Positions 29,937 through 39,682 of a DNA stretch of 64,000 nt are shown here, piece by piece; within the stretch, counting starts at the first letter, position 1, and every line of letters starts with the position of its first letter. A program made the translations under genes and the position numbers. The notes beneath the pieces are model-generated. The model searched no databases, was not told where the DNA came from, and saw only the letters and a list, made by a program, of their open reading frames with translations. Source of the DNA: Thalia democratica (Eukaryota); NCBI GenBank assembly GCA_965202585.1, contig OZ241826.1, positions 23,250,001 to 23,314,000 of the forward strand, written 5' to 3'.

Positions 29937-32900
29937 GTGAGTTAATTGAAAATAGTTAATGTCATGTTAATTTTTTTTAATCATTGTGAAAAAATCATTG
30001 CAAATGTATTTTAGAAATACTTTAACTAAACTTGATAAAACTTTATTCATTACTATATTTTTTGAACAAGTAATAAATGCATTTTTAAAAATATGACACC
30101 TCTTGGTCCAAACCACTTTGAGTCAACAAAACAAATATATAAACAGCTTGCGAGCCTGACCACGAGAGACTTGGAATGCTGTACGGAATCGTGCAGTGCA
30201 CCAACTTCAACAACTACCAGTCGTCGTGCGTGTTCCAGTGCAACAACGGCTACTTCATCACCGGCTACTCAACATTGACTTGTGAGTCCAACGGAGACGG
30301 AACTTACTCGTGGAACCACGAAGCACCTGTGTGTGTCGGTGAGTAGATTTATATATTTATATATTTATTTATTTAAAACACTTTTACAATCGAACTTTGT
30401 TGTTGTTTGTTTCACTCGTGGAACCACGAACTCACGAGTCGGTGAGTGCGAAGAAAATTGTTTGCGGCATTTAAACCAAGCTATATTATAACCAAGCTTT
30501 TTACAATCTTAAAAGCACAAGCTGCATTTTTTGTTCAAAAAGTTATACGTTTCAAAAGCGATCCAAGTTTAAATGACTATATTTTAAGAAAACTTTCAAG
30601 TCTGTCCAAATTAATAGTTTTCGGAAATTATATATATGAATTACTTTACGAACACATTATCTGAGCAAACTATGTCCAAACAGAAAAATGCACATCGAAC
30701 AAGCTGGACATCGCGCTGGTGATCGACAGCTCGTCGTCGGTGAAAGCCAACAATTTCGAGCTCGTCAGAGGCTTCCTTCAGGTCGTCGTCAACAAATTCG
30801 AAGTCGGACCTGATGACGTCAGAGTAAGTAAAAATTTTGATTGTTTGTATATTAAAATTTTACGTTTTCTTATTACATTTTGCTGATTTTTGTAACAGGT
30901 TTTTTAAGTCAATCAAAAAATAAACATTTTTTTTTCATTTCAAAATATATTATTCAAAAAAAATCGAATAGTTTGGGAGAAAAATCCAACGAAATAAAAT
31001 TAAAAACATTTTTAAACTTGATATTAAAACAAACTTTCTCCGAACAGTTCAGCGCGATCAGGTACAACAGGGACGTCGAGGAGCTGTGGAACTTCGGATC
31101 GTACAACACCATCCAGGAGTACGAGGGCGCCATCATGCGGATACCTTACGACGGAAGCGGCACGAGGACCGGACAGGCGCTCGACTACGTCAACAGCAAG
31201 AACTTCATGGACATGATGGGCAACACCAGGAGGGAATCGGTGAAACTGGTCATGTTGCTCACCGACGGTAACTCTCAGGTATGTTTACTTAATTGAATTT
31301 GTTCTTGGTCTTTCAATTCTAGTTTGTTGCTTTTGGACCTTGGATTATTAAATGGTTTATTCAAACCACTTTATTTTTGTTAATTTTTTGAAATATTTAA
31401 GATTAAGTTGTCTACTCTTCTAATAATATTATCGTGTATTTTTCTTTAATAGATAACTTATTCTAAATATTCATAGACAAAAATAATTACAACTTATAAC
31501 ATGACCAAAACTAATGTAATATAAAACTAATAAAGATTTTTACTTCGAATAAAACACTTTTTATCATGTAAACTAACAAACAACATCTTTTTCACAGGAC
31601 AACAGCGTTGAAGCAGCCGAGAGGTTGAAGGCGAAGAACATCTACCTGACCGTGGTCGGCATCGGCGAGAGACTGGACAGGGGAATCCTCGGAGAGATGG
31701 CCTCAGCGCCCAAGGAGGACTTCACCCTGTTCATCGACAACTTCGCCCTGCTCAACGCCAAGACGGACGCTCTCGTCGAAATATTGAAACAGTGTAACGT
31801 TAGTATTGATTTGTTAAAGTTACGAACTTTTTACGTCTGAGCTGTTTTTAATTACATTAGCATATTGTTTAATTGGTGCTCTAAGGCTGTTTTAACCTTT
31901 TTTTTTTAGTTTAAATTATTATTTTTCTAAATTTACAAACTTTTAGTTAAATTTTAAAAAATGCCTTTTACTAAACAACAAACAATCAACAGAGCGTGAA
32001 ATGTTTCCCGAACCAGTCTGTATTAGACCTTGTCCTGATGGTGGACACCTCTTCATCGGTTGGCCAGGCAAACTTCGTCCTCATCAAGGACTTCCTGGCC
32101 AACATTTTCGGCAACTTCCCCATCGGAAGCACGGAGACCAGGGTGGGCATGGTGACGTACAACAATGACGTCAACATCAAGTTCTACCTGAACACCTACA
32201 CTGAGAAGCAAGACGTATTGAGAGGTTTGTTATTTTAAAGAGCAAAATTTGCTAATACCTTTTCAGTCTATAATCTTTTATATAATTTATAAAAATCCAA
32301 TTAAGTTTTTAAAATCTAAATTAAGCAATGGTAAAATTTTAAGGCATATTTTGCTGCATTAAAAAATGATCACCTAAACTAGAAATAGAAACTAATCTTT
32401 TTATCTAAAAGCACAATTAGTAAACTTAACAAATTACAAATTTCAGCAATCACTGAGTTCGAGTACGAAGGAGTCGGAACTCAGACGGGCAAAGCTCTGA
32501 TCCAGACGACTGCCAACATGTTCAGATCTGAAACTGGACACAGAGACGGAGTCCCATCAGTCACTATTCTCATCACTGACGGTTTGTTTTACTTGTGATT
32601 TTTTCAAGTTAGAAGTTATTAAACATACAATGATTTTTTAAATAAACATAATATTATTATCCTAAAATCAAGTATATATATAACTTCGCAGACATTTTAT
32701 ACATTTAAACAACCATTTTACCCCACAGGAATTTCGCAAGATCCAGTCAACGAGGCCGCCAAGTACCTGCAGGCCGAGTCGAGGGTGATCGCGGTCGGCA
32801 TCGGAGCGACGGCGGACGTGGACGAGCTGCAGCTGATAGCGTCGGGCGAGGGAATGGACAACGTGTTCACGGTGAACGGGTACGAGACCCTCACCCAGAT

Positions 32901-32952
32901 ACAAGATCAGCTGGCGGTGTCAATAGCGAGCAGCTGCAACGACAAAAACTAA
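751..32952 (+). CDS. Very large multi-exon gene, 5'-incomplete: at least 87 TSP1 repeats + Sushi/CCP + 2 vWA domains; probably secreted extracellular protein; 4,977 aa encoded in the window
   Basis: 67 GC-rich exons with AG/GT boundaries join into one open frame (14,934 nt including TAA at 32950-32952). TSR exons (xN = repeats per exon): 751-906, 2059-2247, 2517-2672, 2942-3100, 3384-3539, 3749-3904, 4114-4269, 4520-4678, 4952-5113, 5356-5508, 5728-5886, 6841-6999, 7340-7648x2, 7874-8026, 8399-8554, 8811-8963, 9228-9539x2, 9755-9910, 10134-10439x2, 10619-10933x2, 11168-11317, 11554-11856x2, 12091-12246, 12489-12635, 12897-13208x2, 13463-13618, 13850-14161x2, 14346-14657x2, 14932-15087, 15341-15652x2, 15874-16029, 16255-16572x2, 16749-17372x4, 17593-17748, 17987-18142, 18266-18424, 18608-18919x2, 19148-19462x2, 19687-19998x2, 20197-20352, 20612-20767, 21160-21309, 21592-21903x2, 22179-22331, 22545-22862x2, 23062-23529x3, 23723-23869, 24057-24365x2, 24558-24713, 24929-25240x2, 25489-25650, 25910-26212x2, 26340-26495, 26695-27147x3, 27352-27507, 27866-28021, 28230-28385, 28629-29099x3, 29325-29480, 29768-29936. 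Then 30147-30338, 30684-30823, 31048-31278, 31598-31798, 31993-32224, 32447-32581, 32729-32952. The first exon starts at an acceptor (cacag|GAATGC), so the start codon and signal peptide lie upstream of the window. Confidence 0.93.
20784..20879 (-). mobile_element. 3'-end fragment of a CR1/L2-like LINE or SINE in the intron after exon 20612-20767
   Basis: Near-identical to 51813-51910. On the - strand it reads as a GGCTTAGG...CCTAGGTCC stem-loop (G-U pairs allowed) followed by a (TAA)n tail, typical of CR1/L2-clade 3' ends. Confidence 0.6.
30147..30338 (+). CDS. Sushi/CCP domain exon (phase 1-1)
   Basis: Translates to [63 protein letters not shown]. It has the CCP pattern (CxxGY, LxC, W...PxC) plus an extra Cys pair as in selectin-type CCPs. 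Confidence 0.88.
30684..31798 (+). CDS. vWA domain 1 (3 exons), MIDAS intact
   Basis: [13 protein letters not shown] (DxSxS), [10 protein letters not shown] (MIDAS Thr), [11 protein letters not shown] (MIDAS Asp), and VVGIG. Confidence 0.93.
31993..32952 (+). CDS. vWA domain 2 (3 exons), MIDAS intact; C-terminus of the protein
   Basis: [34 protein letters not shown] and IAVGIG; ends ...[13 protein letters not shown] with no hydrophobic membrane anchor. Confidence 0.93.
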
Positions 32953-33167
32953 CCGCTACGCGGCGCTGCTCGGATGAAACTGTTTTTATATGCACGCCTG
33001 TTTGCCTTATAGTTGTTGTGAATTAACATTTAATATTTTTTATTAGTTAAATTTCTATTATTAAAGTATGTGACTAAGTAATAACATGAACTTTTTATTG
33101 AATTTCTTAACGTTAGTTGATATATTGCACTTTTTGCCATTTTCGTTTTACTTTTCTTTTTCATTGA

Positions 33168-33173
33168 AATAAA
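33168..33173 (+). terminator. Putative polyadenylation signal of the TSR gene
   Basis: First AATAAA seen after the stop codon (~215 nt downstream), preceded by a T-rich tract; the background is AT-rich, so specificity is low. Confidence 0.4.
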
Positions 33174-36100
33174 TTTTAAAAAAATACTTGAGTGTTTTTC
33201 ATAGTGTTGTTAATGTATGATAAATGAAGCATTAACTAATTAATAAGTCTAAAAAATAATTTTAAATGTTAAAGGCTCTATTTCCTAAACACAACAAATA
33301 AAGCAATCTAACAAAGTTATACCTTAGGGTCGTAAAATTAGTACACAAAGGTATAAATTTGTATACGGTTGAAATTAAAAATGATTGTATATTGAAATGT
33401 CTACAACTTTTTAGTTAGTTGAATCAACCAAGTTTTTTTTTGATATACGTTGAGTTACAACTGTTTGAGAAAAAACTTATCAATTAAACTTATCTAAACC
33501 AGTATCAAAGCTTACCTAAAGGATAAAAAAGAGAGAAAAAGCTTTATAAAAGTTTTTATAGGATATCAGTAAACATATATACCTCGTATAACTAAGTAAA
33601 CTAATAATTGAATGTATAACTTCAACTTTTATTCCTAGGTAAGCAAAACCAAAAACAATAATAGAACAATTTCCAACATCAAGCTTATTTAATTTTGTGT
33701 AAAAGTTGTTCTTATAATAATTTAGATGCAAGAATAGTACTTTATGTGAAATTTCGATTTTACAGATCATAATCAAATCATATGCAATACTAAAATAGAG
33801 ATAACCATTGCAAATCAAAATGATATACTATTATTTCTTCTAAAAAATTTGTTTGTAGAAAACACTAAGAAAATCTATTTTTCAGATTTTTTACTAAATA
33901 CCTAAAAATTAATTACAAAATTTTAAAATTCAAGTTTGTATATGTGTTTCACAGCGTTTTGTATATTATTAGAATTTTATTTATTTATGAGGTACATATC
34001 AATAATTATGTATTATCTTTAGTTGTAACTGTATTTACTTGTTTCTGCCCTGTTAAGTAACCACTAATAATTTTAGGTAGTTTATAATAAAATTTAAGGT
34101 ATCATTTTAAATTATTTTGTAAAATTTTCAGCAAAAAACTGATTAAAATAATTGAAATTTTTAAAACTTTAACGTATAAAGCTATGTTGTTCAACCTAAC
34201 TATTTTTGTCTGAATGTTCTTTTTTACAACTCATTATTATTCAAAAAACTACTGAGCTAGCTTTGTTTAACTTGTTATTTTGTAATTAATTATTTAAACT
34301 CATAGAATATTAATTAAACAACTACAAAAGTTTACTTATGTTATTTAGTATACTGATTAAGTACTTAAGTTTTATCATTGCTTTAGTTTGTTAGGTAGTA
34401 ATTATTTTTTTAAAAGAATCAGTTTTTAAACAAAAACTATTATATGACTAACCTTATATCTAAACACTGTATCACTTTTATCTATTATTAACAAAATCTC
34501 ATAAATTAACAATGGTCTAAACATGTTAAAAATAAGTAAATCACTTTTAATATTTTTTGTTTCAAATTAGTACTATTACCCTCAAGTAATGCTTTGTAAA
34601 TTTTAATTTAAACAAAACTAAAAAGGAAAGATAAACATTTCTTTGTACTCTTTTGTTTTTGTATAGCTTTTTTCAACTTAGGCACTAAGCGTTAGCAACT
34701 TTAGGCAAACTACGTAAGCAACTTTAGGCAAACTACAATATTAAGATTAACAGTTTTTTTGTTTAATAATTTAGACATTAGAATTTTATTTTTAGAATTA
34801 GTTTTAAACATCAGTCGGATAAAAGTCCTTTTTGTAATATTATTGCAAATAATACAGTAGTTTATACTCAAGACAATATAGTTTAGAACACAACACAAAC
34901 TACGTATTGTGTTTTTGTTATCTAATGATTTTTGAACATTAAATTAAATAATCTTTTAAAAAATATTTAGTTAAAAATCTATGATCGATTGGTCGATTAT
35001 CTAAAAATACAAGAATAATTCAAGCGGTAGCGTATGTTTTTCTCCCAGCTAAAAATATAAGCAAGTAGCCTTATCATTAATGTTTTAGATTATAATAAGT
35101 TTTAAATATAATTAAATTATTGAAAGCATTTAAGTTGACTATTTTTGCTAGTAAAGAGGATATCTTCAAAAGCTAGTAGTAAGTAATATTTTTCTTAGCT
35201 GTTAATATTTTATTCTGAAATGTATAATGTGTGAAACTTTATTTATTTCCTTTTAAAATTGCAAGTATTAATAAAAAAATTATATTTAATGTGATATTCT
35301 TAAATAATGTAACAAATACTCTAAACTATAAGCTAAAAATAATAAATGAAAAAACAGATAAAGATTGAACGGCTTACTCAATATTTTTAGCTTTTCTATA
35401 TTTGTCTAAATAATATTTTTTTAATTATTTTCTTTAAAACTCAGTCTAAAAAACATGTGTAAAACTTTCATTTAATAAAATAAATGAAATTGTTGTCATA
35501 AATTGAATTGTAGTATATAGCATATATATACATTAAACACGCCGAAATGTTCTTAAAACTTAAAAAAAGCAAAAACAAACCAAACAAAGGTATACAATTA
35601 CAGTTATTATGGTATGCTGGCTGGTATACTATCAAAATCCACCCGCGTTCAAAATCAACTCGACTTTTTTTTCTTTATTTATCAATTTATTTTATACATT
35701 TTTTGAATTTTATATATTATCATTTATTTATCACTATCACTGCTACCCTCGATCGATATGCAGTCATTTAATTTGACTGGGTGGATTTTATTTGTGTCCC
35801 ATTCTGGCTAATTAAAACTAAAAATTAGTTAAAAATGCGTTCATTGTTATTAAAGACTATAAAAATTTACTTTGCTACTTACTTAATTTAGTTTTAGTAA
35901 AATACTATTAAGACTCTAGTATAAATAAAGTAAATTAATATCTAGGTAAGTTACTATTTAAAGGATTAAAACTTTTTTTAAATCTATCAATACACAAAAC
36001 ATAAGAGTATTTTAGGGCATAAGCTTTTTACGACGTAGTTTTTCTACACTTAAAATACACTGGATTGTTTTCAGTTTTCTTCGTTTCGTAATGACTGCAC

Positions 36101-39100
36101 AGTTTTTTAGTAACAATCTAAAAACTTTACGGTATTTCTTCTTAAATTTCCTTAACACACACAAACATTTTTCTACAATTTCAAATTTGTTTACTAAATC
36201 TTCAGGAAGTATAAGAATTCAAAATATCTAATTGTTAAAATTATTAAATAATACTAATGTCAAACATTTTCAAAATTATACCGACAATATGGATAAAAAA
36301 AATTAATTTTGTAACTTAGACTTGGTTGATGTTGAAGAAGTTTTTGAAATCAGTCATTTTGTCCACTTTATAAAGTTTGATAAAAAAATTGGAAACATTA
36401 CTTTATGTAATTTGAATGTTGACTGTCAAAGTCTATTTGCCCAATATCAACCACCTGTTTGCTTATCTTGAAGTTGGAGGTTAGTAAGATGTTATGTGAT
36501 AATAAATACCTGCTAGTTTGAAAGTAGTAATTATATTTTATTAATCCTATCCTATAAATCCTAATATAAGTTTTTATAAGTGCTAAATTAACAAATTTTG
36601 TGGTTTTTGTTGTCTAAAAGTAATAATTACCTTTTTGTACAGAATTATATGTATAACAATGTTAGATTTAAGCTATTTTTGAGTTAAAAAAGTTTTAAGC
36701 TTAAAAATAAGCCAGTTTATCTACAGTCTCCTTATAAGCTATTGTTGTTTCTAAATGAACTAAGTGTCTCCATTTATTTATCCTCAAAAAAAATCCTTAA
36801 GGTGTCCTCATAGAAGTTAGATTAATTTAAAATTAATATTACTATATCTATAAGGTTGTTAAAATTCTGTAGTTTTAATTTTTTTTAGAATTAAGTTTTT
36901 TCTTAATGATAATATTGAAAATAATGAAACCAACATATGATTATACTTAATAAGTATTTAGTTACTATTTGAAGTAAATACATTTGTTATGCTAATTTAT
37001 GCTATTTAATTGGATATTCTAATTTGTAATAGGTATAAATTTTTATTTTTAATTATTATTTCTTCACTACTTGTTAATATTTATAAACACTCATCAATCT
37101 TATCCAGAGTTTATGTGAGGTTAGAATTAAAATTAAACATTTTGTTTTAGTTGGAATTAGCAATGTAAACTATATTAAAATGTGTGTGTTACATAGTAAC
37201 TAATTTTAGTATAACAATTTGAAAATTATATTTATGTAATATTTTGATATGTTAAAATACTGACATTATTTAACTTGTTGAGTTAGTAAGTTGAAAAATG
37301 TAACTGTTCACAACTATAGTCAAAAACATATTTTTAGTCTTGAAACTAGTCTTTTTTTTTCATCCTTTACACATTTATATTTTTTGACTGTTTAAATTAT
37401 TGTTTTTTTTTTGTTGAAGGGTATATCTTTTAGCAAGTAAAATTTCTACTATCTAAACTATGCTAATTTAAGTAACTTATAGCTGCCAACTATACTTATG
37501 TTGAATTTATAGAAGGTTAGATATGTTTCATATTTGTTATGTATCTCTAGGTCATAAAAATTAGATCAATACAGTAGGTGGATAACAATATACTCAACTA
37601 AAACTTCATAAAAATACTATAAAAGACTCAATTTTTAATAAATTTAAATGTTTTAAAACAAAAAAAGAAATTTATAGACGAAAAGAGCTACTATTTGGTT
37701 TTAAACTCTAGAAGTTTAAGTATCTTCAAAGTATATTTCAAGTCTGTTGTACTTTTTGCTTATACTTGCCATTATTTGTCTTTTTCTTCCTAATCATACT
37801 GAAAAAAGACGTTTATTAATGAAAGTTCTTTTAGGTTTATAAATGGTCATTTGCCATTAGATAAATTGTAAATTATTATGTGACATATTTTTTAGTATAC
37901 CTGTTTTTTATAAAAAAGCTATGAATATTAATACTAACTCCCTATGTTTCATTATTTAAGTTTGCCACAAAACTTGTAATTTTGAACATAAATCACTAAA
38001 AAACCTGGAATTTTAAACAATGTTAAGTAGTAAAACTGTCATTTGATACATAAATCTTTGATATAGATAAAACTTTTTGTTATAATCATTTTTATCATTC
38101 ATATCATGAAAACATAGTAGCTTTACAGTATCTTTTGGCTGTTGTAATACTAGAACACAGTTTTCAAGTTTAAACTTAGTTTTAAACCAAGTATAGACCT
38201 AAAAACATCTACTTTCATAACATTAAAGAAATTTCTCAAAACTAGTTGCCACCCTAATTATTGGTTTTTGCATAAGTATCAATTATTTTAATTTAGATTC
38301 AGATGATCAGCAAACCTATTGGGCATATTTAATGTCCCAGAAAACAATTGTAAGGCATATTAGTTTACTTCAATAATAAAATAATATTTTAGTGTAAATA
38401 ATCTACATAGTATACAATCTAGATTAAATAACTTTATTCTTCACAAAACATGAAACAACTTTTTGGAATACTTATACTTGATGCTTTAACACACTTGCTG
38501 TATTCAGAAAAGAATTGTTGTATAAAATTGTGCTGTACTATATACTACATCGATTATTTTGTGACTGGTATGTTCACACAATACATAAAGCTAAGTTGTA
38601 ATTTTTACAAGTTACTTAAATAGAATTTAATATTGGCCTATGTGGTACAACACTATTTTTGAATTTATCTAGGATGAAAAAGCCAACTTGGTGAGTTTAA
38701 GACCTATGAACAAAATATGACATAAACTTTTGGTCTTAAATCGTGTTAATGTTATTTGTAGTAGGCTGTAACTTGTTAATAAAAGGTTTAATGTGCATGT
38801 CAGTATTTAACATTTTGCTTGTGGTCTTGCTATTTATTTATTTTGATAAAATTTGTTCAGTGTATGGTTCAATTAAGGTTTTCCAAGCTTTTTTTCAAAA
38901 GCCACTTTTAAAAAATTAAAAAAGCTATGGCCCCCTCCAACAACTTAACTCAGAAAACTAATATCAAAAGACCTTGTTTTTTTGCTCTTTATCATCAATT
39001 TGGCTCCTTTAGGAAACCTTGGATTAGATTGTATGATAAAATAAGTTTGTCTTACAAGGTAACTTTATTTGTCTACATATTGTCACCCATATATTATATT

Positions 39101-39433
39101 CAAAATTAGTAAATGCAAAATTAGTTTGTTTTTGTATTTTATTTTTCCACTTATTTTGTTTAGAGCAGTGGTTCTCAACAGTTAAAAATGTGCACAGCAA
39201 AATACTGGAAACTAAAACTATTCTGTGTACACTTAGCTAAAATAAATTTTAAGATCAAACCATTAACTTTTATGTTTTAATGGTTCCATTTAATGATTAA
39301 ACTGTTGGAACTCTAAATTTATGATTATAGAATTAAATTATAAATTGTTGTATTAATAAATAATTATTAGATCCTTAGCATTAAAAACTTAAGTATGTAT
39401 ATGTTATATTTAATTGATTTTATTTTTTCACAT

Positions 39434-39682
39434 CAGGGTTTCCAAAAGTGAGCCATACGGCTTCCTTGAGAACCTTTTTAGAAATTTAGGGGGTTATAAG
39501 CTGTAAAAAGGATGGCAAAAAGGACATAGTTTCAAAATTATGCTAGGTATTCTGAGGTTGATCATAAAAATAAAAAAAGTTTTAGGTGTATTTATGGGTT
39601 TTTTTTGGGAAGTCTTGTTGAGAGCCCATAGCTTTTTTAATTTCATCAAAAGGGCCTTTTTTTTAAAGTTAGGAAATTTCTG
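39434..39682. mobile_element. Possible old hAT-type MITE
   Basis: Begins CAGGGTTTCCAAAA and ends ...GTTAGGAAATTTCTG (degenerate terminal inverted repeat), flanked by 8-bp tttcacat/ttttacat. A second hAT-like end, CAGTGGTTCTCAAC, lies at 39166-39179 with no visible partner. Confidence 0.35.

Noticed and set aside
34695-34735. Short direct repeat agcaactttaggcaaactac x2
   Set aside because: A trivial local slippage duplication with no other support.
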